Shown here piece after piece: positions 28,287 through 42,400 of a stretch of 64,000 bases of DNA. The notes below the pieces were generated by a model that saw only the letters and a program-made list of their open reading frames with translations, had not been told where the DNA came from and ran no database searches. The stretch covers positions 1-64,000 of the forward strand of contig KZ538271.1 of the NCBI GenBank assembly GCA_000934665.2, written 5' to 3'. The stretch comes from Catajapyx aquilonaris. Its lineage: Eukaryota. The translations under genes were made by a program, and so were the position numbers. Positions within the stretch are counted from its first letter, which is position 1. Each line of letters opens with the position of its first letter.

Positions 28287-29369
28287 CAGTCAAAAGCGCT
28301 TCAGGAAGGAGCGCAAAGTAGAGCGCTCCATTACTATCGTGTAACTTATGATAACGCGATTAAAAATTCAACGCACATTAGTAAAGCTGGCCATATCAAC
28401 ACGCTTTGAAAGGAAGCGCTATATACGAAAGTGCCGTGTAACCGGCTTGGGTTCATCACCGCGGTTCCTCCCCAAAATATGTCGATGTCCACGTGGACCC
28501 AAAAACGAGCTTGTGGAGTTAGATGGTAATAGGAGAATCCAATGTGTGGGAGGGTTGCTTCCTAAAGAGAGTAGTAAGTGGAGCGGAAGACAACAAAAGA
28601 GGTGCGCGGGAGTCGATTCCGCATCGGGCCTCCCACTGATTGGCCCGGCGGTGTGTCCGTCTGCGGCGTTGCCAGATCTTTGCGGAAAATAGCTCCGCCA
28701 TAAGTCCATGGCGGGAATCCAACTCACTCGCTGTTCGGAAGCCCCACCCGACGGATCTCCTCCACAAAAAAAATAGTTCTAAACCGATCTCCCCCCCCCC
28801 CCTCTAAAAAAAATCAAAAAAAGAAAGAAGGAATAGTGATTCCGCGGCTATGGAATGCGTTAATCCTGAGTAGACAAAAAACAAAATAGTGCGTTTTTTG
28901 GTGCGTGTGTGGTAAAATGGGACATGGCGTCATTTGCCAGTCGCAGTGTCGCTGCTGAGTCTTCCTCGTCAGTGCGTGTGTGTAGGTTGGGCCAAAGTTG
29001 CCTAATCCACGACCAGGACAATATCATGGCCTGTGGCAGCTAGCAGGGTTTTTCAAAACTTAAGTGTGTGTGCGTGTGACACCCCCCCCCCCTCCCCACA
29101 ACCCTCACCACCCACTTACCCACACCCGCACCACATCCCCCCTACCCTTCCCTTACACACCTTTTTACGCGCATCCTACATTACAAAGGAGATATATTTA
29201 AAAACGTACAAAGTGCGCGAGTTGTTATTGTTGGTTCTTTTTTGTACTCGACAAAAAAAAAAAATTAAAAATCAAGAGGCCCAATTTCTTCTATGGAAAA
29301 CAATCTATCAGCTGTCTTCCTCTCTTTCAAGAGGTGAGCACGTTTAATTAGGTTGTTAATTATTTTCCA

Positions 29370-29710
29370 CGTATGATAAATTTATTATTTATTATTCACG
29401 TATGGTAAATTTATTATTGTTCGCGTATAGTAAATTTATTATTGATTGTTCACATATGGTAAATTTATTAATTGTTCACGCATGGTAAATTTATTAATTA
29501 TTGTTCACGTATGATAAATTTATTAATTGCTTTCCACGTACGATATATTTATTACACGTGTAAAATAATTTTCCACATGTGATAAATTTGTGAATTATTT
29601 TTTTACGTATGATCAAATTATCATCATTATTTTCCACGTATGATCAAATTATCATTATTTTCCACGTATGATAAAATTATTATTATTTTTCACGTATAAA
29701 TTTATTAATT
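29370..29710. repeat. AT-rich minisatellite (TTCCACGTATGATAAATTTATT units)
   Basis: About 11 degenerate units. Confidence 0.85.
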
Positions 29711-32700
29711 ATTTAACATACTATGGCAGTAAGTCAAGACTAAAGTATGTAATGAACATTTATTGCTGCGACGAAAGGCTTTTTTTTGTAAGCGACCAAA
29801 CAATAACTTTTTTTTTGGTGCATTTTATGTGGAACCAGGAAGTGATATTGTTCTAATGAGTACTTGATATGTGAAGTACGCATGACGTCATCGTTTTACG
29901 GTTGGTGTTACTGCCTCATTCACTGCGATATGACCCAAGAATGCAAGTAAAGCTGGATCATATGCATTGCACTGCTTATTCTTAACCGGATATACATATA
30001 ATGCGCTGCAATTAAATATTAAAACATCATTTTAGGTTCACTGTATATAAACACGTGTCAGGCGAATCTGAATATAGCTAGTCTTGCTGAGTGCTCAATT
30101 TTGCAAACGAATTTCCTTTTGACGAGATTGAGCACCTCAATTATTAACTGTCCCAGCTATTTTAGCAAAATGAGTCCAATTATACGAGCATCCTGTTTAC
30201 TAATGCACGCGCAGAACCTAGCTGCGTCAACAATTACCATGTCAAAGGGTCGCAGTTTTTTAAAAACTCTTCCGCGAGTCTGTCCATATTAGAGAATTCT
30301 GCGAAAACACGTGCATAATTATATTATAATATCATCAGATCCTTTCAAAACCTTGCCCCATATTTTAAAACGTCACAAAAGCTCTCCATTAGTGCATTTA
30401 TTTTGCATGACACTAAATACCTGAAATGGAAGCATTAATGCCTCTATAAATTGGCTGTAAATCGTGACAATCGGCAAATATATTTTGATGAACTGATTTT
30501 GTGTCATGTCTCAATTAAAACAGTACTGTGCACAACAGCTTCATGTGTAAAGAAAGAATAACTATAGTGACCTTTGCAGAGAAATCACTGCAGTGTCCTT
30601 CAGTGGCTTAACAGCAATAAGCTAAGGTATTTCCAGCGGTATGCATGCAATTGTCCTTAATTAGTCGGATTTTTTGGGGGGTAATGAGACGTGCCTGGCT
30701 TGCTATTTCAGCTCATAACAATATCAGTTTTTGCTGCAAAAGCCCAGCAGTTTTAATACCTTTGTAACGGTTTCCTTTATCAGCAGCCACTATTAGTACT
30801 TATCGATTGCATTGTAACCGTCCTTCATTGGCTTCCGCAGTGTTTATTATTCATAATCGAAGTTTACCAAGTTACTATTAATTGTGCTATAAATTAGTTA
30901 GGGGGGGGGGTAAATTACTGGAAGACATCCAAACACTAGATAGCAACTATCTAACCAAAATATATTAATTTATGTAAGTAATTATGCACCTGAATTGACT
31001 TATTGAATCGTAGTGAGTTTATACGCTATATTTGCATTAAACAGTGACAAATATTTGCTCAAATTTTTTCACCTAAATTTATTCAAAACCGTCACCATTG
31101 ACAACCATTAGATTTCTTTTAAAATTTCTAATGCAAAAGGGCTCTAATTGAACTTAGCAATTAAATATTATTTTGCAATTAACTGGCACCTTTTTTTACA
31201 TGGCTGATTTTCGTGTTTCACATGATATGAAACACCATGGTGATTATATCTGGTAAATGAGCATTTACTGTAGCTTCACATGATCCTGATCCCATGTGGG
31301 ACATGTGGGGTGCTAAGTTGTAGATGGGAATGCGGAAGAGGGGGGGGGGGTTGGTTTTTTAGAGGCGCATGGGTCCTAGGCTGCAGTTCCACCATATAGA
31401 GCTAGGAGGAATCCAGAGGCAGGTTTTGCAGCCAGATCGATCAGTATTCGCGCACTGCGGCTCTCTCTACACCATCTCTTTTGCACTCTGACCCATCTTC
31501 CAAACCTCTCTCTTTCTCTCTAGAGCACCACACTGCAACACAAACCCTCGCAAATATTTTTATGCGAAAAAAAGGTGGGCCCCCATTTGTCAGGATGTTG
31601 GAAAAGAAAACCTGACGTGTTTATTATTATTTCATGTCACGTCACTCCGCAGGTTTAATTAAATACTTGACACATATGACGCGTTGTAAGGACCTTTTTT
31701 GGAGAGTGTAGTACATGTTCAGAAATCGGGCTTTATTGGCACTAGGGAGGAGAGCAAAAGTTTTGATTTAAAAAAAAATTATACTGCATCTAGGCCCAAA
31801 TCCGGTTTTTAAATTTTAATTCAGAATAGATGCAAAATTTTCCTGGACATGTAGTTTAAATAATATGCAATAGATTAATTTATAACAATTTGAGCATCAT
31901 TTTTGGTCCTTTTTTACATGTTCACAGTGACCTATTGCACACGTGTATTGTAGGCTATAACTCGATCGAGCTATGTAGGCTCACAACCTCAGAGGCACAC
32001 AAATCCCTATATCGATTTGGGGACTACTGCAGCAGTCGTCGTGGCTGGGACACACACAAGAGAATACAGGGGGCTTAGTTTTTGTTATCAAATGTCGTTA
32101 CAGTAGTGGAAATCGCTCTGGCTTGACCATCAAAAAAGCCACGTGTTTTTTTTATCAAGTTAGAAAAAAAAACATTCAAGGTGGCGTCGACTGCAACTAC
32201 TGTACAGTGACTATCAAACTCATAATGACTAGCCCTGCATGATTTTTTTAAGTGCCTGGTAGTTTCAAAGCCAAGGGACGTAATTTTATGCTTGCGTACA
32301 AAGCATTGTTTGGTCTACGATTTTTCAGGGAACTGATTCACCAATACAAGGAAAGGTGATTCATAAGAATTTCACTGCAGCAACACATCTGTCACTAAAC
32401 GGAAAATTTATTTATGTTGCAATGTGCGAATTTTCTGTCACATTTGCGTATTTTGCTAATTTTTACGCAATGAATTATAAATCCTGAGTGCTTTCCTTCA
32501 ATAATATTTTATGTCTCGTTACGGAGCTAATTGAATCAAAAATTCTTGCACTATTAATAGTGCATTGTTATTATGGCACAAAATATGCAAAATATTTTTG
32601 TCGTATGCGGGATATTGCAATCCAGACCTTGCAATACTGTGTTGCCTTCTTATACCTTTCCAGCAGAAATACAGGCACTTTGAAGCCTTACAGGACGTAA

Positions 32701-35700
32701 AAGCCACATTTTACTGCTGCACCGGGTCCACTTCTCCCAAAGTCCAGGAAGCGGTTTAATTTTGCAATTTCCTGTTTCTTCTTTTTTTAAAGCTGATCTA
32801 GACGACTGGGTCCTTTTTGAGCTGTAAACTTTTGCCAAAAAGTGTTTCTTTGCAACTTGGTACCACAATTTGACTGGACAAAAAAAATCTTGCTATACGA
32901 CTATTGTTGCAAATTGTACTAAGATCCTGAGCAATACAAATGACGTTACTACCTTTCAATTTTCTTGGACGTCAGTTTTACTAGATTCGTAACTTACTCT
33001 TCTAAAACATTTCGGAAGTAATAAAAAGTACATTTTATAACCGGATAAGTTGGTGAGAATATTTTCGGCCAAATGCTGCTTGACCTCAGTGCAAATATGA
33101 ATATAACGAAATATCGGCCTCATTACATATTTATACTATCTGTCACTGTCTAAATACATGACGTGACACTTCTGCTGACTGTGACTTATTTTGACCTTCA
33201 CTTATAGTCTAGAAAATTCCTAGTCTGCTGTAAGTGATAACGAGATGAACCCATAAGCGACACCTGTAATGACCCAAATGCATGCACGATATATTATATA
33301 TTTTTTAATTATCCAGAAGAGTGCATATTGTGTTGGGACAGTCTTTTGTGTGCCAGGAATCAATGAAGCCGGTGATATATGACTGTAGGCACCAACATTG
33401 CTTTTTCTTTCCCTGAACTGCCCCCCTTCCAACTATAATAATACAGGAAAAAAAACTAGCGGATCAATGCCATCTCCATAGAGGCATTTCTATAACAGCA
33501 AACACGACTTTGCGGTTACGTCGCAACTAACCCCCGGCAAATGACCCGAAATTTTCGATACGTCCCATTTTTTTATGTACGTTATGGGACAAGCTTGGGG
33601 GACACCTGCTTGGGACAGGTGAGAAAAGTGTAGGAAATGGGGTCCATTACGAGCTTGGCTTGAATTTATGGAGGCCATTTTTTGGGGGAGGGAAGTGCAC
33701 ATGGGGTTCAGGACGTGTAATGTAACAGGAAGGTCAAAGCCCCTTTGACCTAAGTTCAATCTTGAGTTTGAAATAGCATGTGATTGATTTGTCTGGTGGA
33801 TTTATCATTCCTGCAAAAAAAATTGTCTAAAAGTCAAATATTTTTACCATAGTATAATATTGCATGAAGTCTACCAATTTTTAACACTTCAATTGTGTAC
33901 ATGATAATGGGCAAACTTTCCGATTTTTGCTGGCGAAATCTTTGCGAAACATGCCACACCCCATGGCTCGTTAGTGAAAGGCGGGGTCACCTTTTTTGTT
34001 TCCATAGGTGTGTTTATTTATTACTGGTGTGTATAGCTGTTGGTTAGGGGGAAAAAAAGTAAATGTGTGTGTATATGGGAATGTGAGTAGATAGATGTTA
34101 GAATGGGGCGAGAGTGCTGCCACCACCAGGATCGATAGAAAGAGTCCGCCTTCAAAAGCAGCGTTGCCGTTTTTTGGGGAATCCCATTTGAGGGCATGGC
34201 TTTTCAGTTAAATTGTAAGTGTTTTTTGACAAACAAGCAAATTTGAAATACGAAATGCAATGTAAATTTAAAGACAAAAAAAATTGCGAAATTTTTCACA
34301 TTTGATTATTTTTATTCATACAATTGATTGACAGACATTTCTGGGGGAAAAATGTTGTTTTGTACTATTTTGATTGGATTAATTACAGTAGTTTGTTTTC
34401 TATAGGCATGTCTTTGAAGTTTGGCTTGCAAGATCAAAGTAGGTCGTCAGCAAGGGTTGTAGATAGTTACAAGAGCCGGCAACGCAGGGGGTTGGAGCAG
34501 TTGCCTCTGCATTGAACCCCACTGCGTGCAGGAGGAAGAGTTTGCTGCAGTGCTGCTGCCAACTTCCTTGTCTTCTCAGGTGCTCAAAAAGAGCCAACCA
34601 ATTATTCAAACCTTCACTCTTAAAAAAAATGCTTCTCAAAGACTCATCAAATGGAAAGCATGCCCACACTTCATAAGGTCGCAACATCCACCAGACGCCT
34701 TCCAATTTTCCACGTCTCCGGTAGCATCTTCATCCCAAGTCATTTTGCAAACAACAAAGTTGCAGACGGATATTGGGGGAACGTCAATCATTTTTTTTTG
34801 CTGACGGAACAAAGTGTCCTTAGCTCACATGTCAAAACCTGGCAACACTGTCGATAGATAGCAAGTGATGACTCACTGCGGACAAACATTGCCAACTCAG
34901 GAGATTAATTAACTTTACGCAGTTTTGTAGGAGACAGCGACACTGCATATAGTTGCGAAATATTTAGATCGCTAATTGGTTTTTAGGAGATAATCGTAGG
35001 GTCACTCCCACGCGTTTTGTAGCCTTGCGAAATTTCCGGTTCCTCGGATTAATCTGGTTATTGTCGCTTGTGTATTTACGAGTAATTCTTGCCTGATTGG
35101 CTGGATCAAGGAGCCCATTATAACTACCTTTGTCAGAAGCGATTATCAATGGGAACAGTTTTAATGCGGATTTGATGAGGCAAGAAAAGAAAAATGCTCG
35201 TATGTGTGGGCGTTCTCTGCCAAAATTATGCAGCCCTTTTTTTGGGTGTACTGTACTGTGTATGGCCTCCAGGGATTTTGGAGAGGATTTTTTTAAATGG
35301 GCCTCGTACTGCCTGGTACAATCTCGAAATCTTTACGTACAGCAAATGTGAATTGCAAATGATTTTTTAAAAAAATATTGTATGTCGTCAGCAACATTCT
35401 TTAAACAGAATAGGTATCGCCCACTTGCTTGACAACAGATTCACATATGGCGACCTACATCTATCACGCAAACCTGTCTCATGCTGCACGTACTTTTATT
35501 AGAGCAAAGGCTGGTCATTGCTATTTGGAAAACAAAAGGCATTGTTTAGATTCTTTAGAACAAGAATACTGCTCAAAAACCTGCCACTTTCCCCCCCCCC
35601 CCNCCCCATTCACTCTTAATTATCTTGGCTGGAATTTTTTTGTCCAACTGGTAAGTTAGCAGCAACTTATCAGTGGAAGCGAAAATTCGTGACATTAGTA

Positions 35701-36271
35701 GTGAACCAATTGCCTAAACTTAGCAACACTGCACACTACTGCCGTGCTTAGGGGAAATTTAGTAGTACATGTACGTTGGTGATGAGTCACCGAGCGGACA
35801 AAGCCCACTCTGACCGCCAAATGTTCTCTAATTGTTGAACGGGAAAACTACTGCCTATAAGCAACTAACCTAACCTAACCTAACCTAACCTAACCTGAAG
35901 TCGCATAAACAGACGGAGAGAATAAGGGGATTAGTAGTAAGATGACTGTTTTTGCCTGACCAAACATGACTTATAGCTTACTCTCTAATTTTCCAGGGTG
36001 GCAACAGCAGAAGTAGCAAGACTGGTCGGATCAGCATCAGCATCAGGAGCTTACGGAGCATTCGGAGACGTCGTAGTGTGGGCATGGGCCGCGAAGTGCG
36101 TTGGACTCCGCCCATGACCATCCACTAGGGGCAGCTGGAAAAGCACCCGGGAGAGAAGCACAAGGGGGGTAGGGGCCTGCTGGGGGCGGGGGTTGGCCCG
36201 GGGCAGGCCACCGGGCGGAAAGGAGGGCAGGAGGAGGGCAGCGGGCAGGCAAGGCAGCTGGGCCAGGAAGC

Positions 36272-36421
36272 ATGTCCGAGGACTCGGAGAGTGTGACGGA
36301 GGAAGAGCCGCGCAGCCCGTTCCGTCCTTTCACACGAGAGTCTTTGGCCGCCATCGAAGCCAGGATAGCAGAAGAGTATGCCAAGAAGAAAGAACTGGAG
36401 AAAAAGCGGGCTGAAGGAGAG
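36272..36421 (+). CDS. para: para first coding exon ([50 protein letters not shown]); the exon starts in the 5' UTR at 35997
   Basis: Conserved Nav N-terminal FRPFTRESL motif, acceptor TTTTCCAG ending at 35996 and donor GAG|GTAAC. Confidence 0.93.
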
Positions 36422-39400
36422 GTAACAAACACACATTGAGAAACACATACTGTCTCGCGACAGGGCACAAATAACACACACATTTTACACATTAGCCTAC
36501 ACAACAATCCAACCCCCCCCCCCCCGTTTCTTGTGCCTTTTCTGTGTCCCCCTAAGCTGTCGTCGATGTCTTCACACCTGTTAAACCCCCTTTTTTTCCG
36601 ACTCAAAAAATTCCTTCGCACTTACTCTGTGTAGATTAGAAAATAGTCGTAGCCTTAAAAAGTCAATCGTTGTTGCAGACTTACACGATGACGATCCTAT
36701 AACCAGCCAATCAGGCCAATCAGAATGCTCTCACACTGCTACTTTCTAGCAAAAAATAAATGGAGCATTATGATTGGTTGTTCCTACTTCCGGTTTAGGA
36801 CCGTCATCGTGCAAATTACTACAATTAAGCAGAAAACTACAACAACGATTCGGCTTGGTGTCGCTTTTTTCCCCACTGTATTAAATGAGAGAAGTACGTG
36901 GTAACATGGAGCTAAGAAAGTGAGAATGACAATACCCCCCCAGCCAAAAAAAAATCAGCAGTCTCGCGAAAAAAATGCTTTTTTTCTGAATTAAAGATTT
37001 AATTGCAAGCATAATGCGAATTATAAATTTAGCTCGCAAAGGAAGTGGTAACATGGAGCTAAGAAAGTGAGAATGACAATACCTCTCCGCCAAAAAAAAA
37101 AAAATCAGCAGTCTCGCGAAAAAAAGCTCTAATTGCAAGCTCTTATTCGAAGTATAAATTTAGCTAGCAAAAAGAAAAAGAAAATGAGTCGCTTCGATAT
37201 GAATACCGATATCGACCTGTTAACATTTCAAGTTCAAGGTATTTTCGGAAGTAGAGCGTATAACATCTGAGGTACGGACATGAACACGCAATCAGTCTTT
37301 CTGAGAAGCCCGTTTTTTGCATTTTACATTTTGCTGACCGCTTGCTGGTGTCTTACACATGAAAAAAAAATTCGCAAAAAAATGTAGGTTCATCAAAATC
37401 GAGCTGTAAGTTTGACAAAAAAAAATCTGCATAAGTGTTGCGAATGCATTGGTTATTCGTTGTCTGCTGGATGCTGTTTTACCCTCCCCACAGACGTGCT
37501 GTGTGCATGTGTGTCATTCGTGGGCGTATGAGTGTGGCCGAAAAAATATGTATATTATTTGTGTGAAAAAGTAGACTCGTTGCTATCGTCAAAAAAAACA
37601 AATCGGTGTTGCCACATCTCTAGTTAGTCCTTCCTTTTTCAGCTGTGTCGTTTTGGGCACTTTTTGTCTCCATGTACTGTAGTAAGCTTCTCTGTGTTTT
37701 CTAATACGCCTGTGTCTTTTCCCCCTTCTGCCCTTTTTGCAGGGGGAGGGTCCTAAGAGGAGAAGAAATAAGGAAGTAAGAATCTGTCATCTATCCTCTT
37801 TTGCTTGACTTTTTAGTGCATGGTGTGCGTATGAGTGCGTGTGTGTGTGTTTTCTCTCTGTAAATGTGTGCAAAACTTTTTAAGCACACACTGCATGTCT
37901 TTTGTGCGTCGGTCCTCGCTATATTTATGATCAGGACGCATAAATGTCAACATTGTCCCTTCTCTTCATTGTCGATCCCCCAAAAAGGACTGGGAAAAAG
38001 AATGTTGTGTGAATATGCTGCGTGTGTGCGAAAGAGTGTGCGTGACTGTGCACGCTTTGGACAACACACCGTCACGATGTTTTCATCACTTCCGCTTTCT
38101 GTAATTTTTTTTCTCTCTCTCTCTCTATTTCCCTCCCATGCTTTTTTTCTCATCAAACAAACATGCAAATCCTTCCTCAAACCGATTTGAATTCACCATA
38201 GAGGTTTTTTGAACACACACTGACACCATCACAAAAATGATTGGTAGCTCGCGTCATCATCATTCCCATCCGAGTGTGCACGATTTGATCTATTTATTTA
38301 TAGAAGCTTGTGGCACAATGGAGTTGGTCTAATTTTGACCGTTGTTTTTTTTGGTGGATGAATAGCGAGCATCTTCAGAGGTAGCGATGTAGGCTAAAAT
38401 GCAGCTTAGATCTTAAGTCCTGTTGTGGTGAGTTGGTTCTTAAGCTTCTCCCAGGAGGCTTTCTGAAGTCTCTAGCGAGCCATAGCTGAGACTAGATCAA
38501 TAGTCTTCTGGCCCAGGATTCTCTCCTACCCTCACCTACTCCCACCCCCCAATCTCTCTCACCATATAGGCTCTCACAATGGCGTTTCAAGACTTTACTA
38601 GATAAGACACTCTTCTCATGTTTGCTGGGGAGTAATTTGGATCAGCCAATTGTTGTTACAGTGCTTGCTGGTTTATGGGTTCAAGGGTGCACTGACTTCG
38701 CAGGTTATTGTAGGGCACAAAATATTTGTAATTTAGAAAGTGTCTGACAAATACATTTATTTTATATCTCCTTGAAAAAAAAGGACAGCGGATCCAATGA
38801 TGAAAGTGAGAGGAGGCAACGGTGCTGTAGGATTTTGTAGAGAACCGCATGATATTTGCAGGTAAATTGCCACAAAAAAATTAAACAGCAATTTTGCTTG
38901 ATGCATGACAAATTACTGTCATAGGAATTTTGTGCCCGCACATATTCATAGATCTGATTAATTTTCAACATTATGAAGGGCATTATTTATGCGTGTCTGC
39001 ATATTGAATTTGTCTTCACATTACTTCTAACAATAATTATTATCGAAACTCAAGCATGCGCTTGAAACGCCATTTTTTACTTATTTGACTCCACTATTTC
39101 TACGACATTGTTTGCGACTACTTGCTAAGAGTAATTAAAGGTGACTGCATTTTGAAAGGAGCGTTTAACAATTATTCCGCGCTGACGTGAAATTAAGGCG
39201 CAGGCTGCAAAGCTTTACTTGGCAGCTTTGCTCACTAGTGCAATAATTACCTGGATCGTCATTAATTAATCATTGTTACAGCCTGTGCAGAGTACAGACA
39301 TAACTTTGTTAAACGCAGGAGTGAACAGGTGGGAATAATTCGATGCCTTTAGTGCTGATCACCTGATCCTTAATTGAACATGTACGCAAGAGGAACCTAA

Positions 39401-42400
39401 CCCTAACATAACCTAAACTAACCTAACCTAACCTAACCCAACCCTCGCCATAACCTTGTCCATTTTTTGGCAACTACTTTCTCCACCTCTATTCTCTCCA
39501 TTTCCTTCCCCATTCGCATCTTGGTGATAGGTGGTCTTTGGAGCGGATCCAGCTTGTGGATGGGAGGGGCTTTTGGATGGATAAATCAGAGAACTAAACG
39601 TTTTTCCCTTGTGTTTGGGTATGACCCTTCCTCAGGTTCGGTATGAAGACGATGACGAAGATGAAGGGCCCCAGCCGGACGCCAACCTGGAAGCAGGAGG
39701 ATCTTTACCCAACCGCCTTGCAGCCTCCTTCTCTCCCGAGCTCGCCGCCATCCCTTTAGAAGACATCGACTCTTTTTACCATAATCAAAGGGTGAGTAAT
39801 CTGGTTTTTATCCTGACTGTTTAGGGCTACCCTTCAGCCTCCCTCGAAGAGCGGGTTGCGTTATGGCCAGGCGCTAATGATATCCTTCGCATCACAGGGT
39901 GTCGCATTAGTTTAGCTGAAACTCTGCGGCTCCCAGATTCGCTTTTGTGTGTTCCCAGTACAGTTCCGGAAACCGGCTGCTGTTGCAAAAGCCAGTGTCA
40001 CTCCGGATGACAAATCCGGGTCAGACCCTCTATTGTTGTGTGTGACACGTAGCAAGAGGCACTTCCCGGGTTTGCTTTTGTCACGTTATTGCCTTCTAAT
40101 CACATATCTTGTAAACATACCCGTCAATTGGGATGAGATTGTGCCAGGTGGGGTGAGATTGTGCCAGCGCATTTTTTTGACAACAGTGCGTCCTACTGGC
40201 TCTATGTTTTACTACACTGAGGGATTGTCGATGTTGGCAATGCCAGTAGGGCACAATCACCGTAAACTTGTAAGCGATATATTTATTTAAAAGGCACAAT
40301 AAATTCATTGCTCCCCGTTCTAACTAGTTCTTTCAATAAAATAATTAGGCATTCGATATATTTATCGCCATCATTCAATATACAGGGCGTTTCAACTTTT
40401 TTGTCCGAACAGTTATCGGAAAATTGCGCGTAGCTGCTACTTTGTAAGCAGTGACTTTCAAACGGTGATTTTTCGGAGGAACGGGGAATATTCCCTGCGA
40501 ATCGTAGGTAGAAGTGGCATACGTGCTGCCCACTGAAAATTGAGGGTCACACATGCCATGGGATGTGTGACCCTCTTTTTCCCCCATTCCCCATTCCCCC
40601 TACAAATCACCGGTTGCAAGTCACTGATTACAAAGTAGCAGCTACGTGCAATTTTCCGATAACTGTTCGGAGCAAAAAAGTTGAAACACCCTGTGTTTAT
40701 CTCCATCACTCAATAAAACCTATAGGACTCAGTGTTGTCCCAAAGAAATGCGCTGGCACAATCTCACCCCACCTGGCACACTCTCACCCCAATTGACGGT
40801 ACACAGGTGAATTCGCTCTCTGAGTTAGAATTGCAACCTGAACCTTGACCCAATCGGACATTTTGCAATGCCATGGCGTTCCCTGGCTATTAAGCGATGG
40901 GATAGGGTCATTCATCGTCACTTCTTGCGTCTAAACTGGAACACCTGATAGGACTAAAATGGTGGAGGCCGCTGCAAGTAATTTGCAGGCCATTTTGCTA
41001 GGCGAGGACTAATCAGGATAATGACGACCCAAGTGCGTTAAGAGACGATGTGCCCTACTTTTGCAGTGTTAAGAAAAGTGGGGGAACGCAAATTGATTAG
41101 TAGGCAGGTGAAAAAGGTTAGAGGTCAATATCATGGATCAGGAATTGTTATTTTGCCTCTTTGGAGTGGCGCTTTTACTGCAAAAGATGACCTTGGGGGG
41201 GGGGGGGTTGGTGAAAAGAAGTGTGTATGTGTTAGGGGTGGGTGGGTGGGAATATAAGAAGCCATCTATCAGTCCCAGGGTGGAGTCGAGGCCTGCATGG
41301 TTCCGCATGTAAAATTCCAATGGAAGGAAGGGAAGGTCAGAGTTGACGTTGGCGCAATAACTCTGCAGGCATTGATGCACTTATAGGCGTTGTACGCAAG
41401 CTACTTTAAAAAAAGATGATAAATGTTAAAACACAGTAACCTGTTACATGTGTGAACTAGGCACTTATTAGAGCGAGGTCGTCTGAGAATATATGTGGCA
41501 GCCACACCCACATAATTATTATGTGCATCATCTTTTTCAAGCAGAATTACATGATTAAGTGTGTTTATTGCACTCTACTTCACTAGGGATTGCCAATGAA
41601 CGCAGTTCAAAAAAAAATAACATGCAACCTGCAGTCACATCAAATGTTAATTGAGCTTCACGTACACAACCGTGACCTAGAATAGAAACGATGGGATTAG
41701 GTCACATACTTTACCTTTAAAAAAATTAGGCACAACATCATGCACCCGAATAGCTGAATGGTTGCTAAATTATTGATTTCTGAATAACTAAATAATTCTT
41801 GGCAAATTTATGAATAATTATTACTTACTCATTTAGTACGAATCACGTAGTTATTTTGTACGCTAGATTAGTTCAGGCTTATCCAGCATAATTTCAAATC
41901 GATTTATGCAACTTTTTTTTGCACCATCTGAAAAGTAATGTAGGACTGCATCTGCCAGATGGAAAAACACCCCAAATATATTTTAAAGATCATTATTTAT
42001 ATAAAAAAGGCTGTACAGGTTCACGATTGAATCATCTAGTTCTCCTCAATAAAAATAGACTACTCGATTCGATTGGTATGCATCATGGTGCTCTTGCTCA
42101 AGTCAACAGGTCAATGAATGTGTTTTTCCAAGTTACAAATTGAACTGAAACATGTCAATTGCAACAACCACTGGCTGTATCATGAGTAATTTCATATATT
42201 AATTTTTATATGATTGTCCCATTTGGTATACAAAAATTATTCATCATAAATCTTCAGTTGGTTCGCATAAGTCGATCTACATGTAATGAAGATGTTACCT
42301 TCTCGATTCAAACCCTGGGGTGTAAGTAAGCGGAATAATCGCAAATTCTTTAACGGCTCGTACATTTTTTTTTCGTTAAAGAGAACATTTCAATGCAGAA

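Noticed and set aside
36043..36621. 192-aa minus-strand ORF (also 60937-61359 and other antisense ORFs)
   Set aside because: Antisense shadows of GC-rich para exons and UTR, with no independent coding signal.
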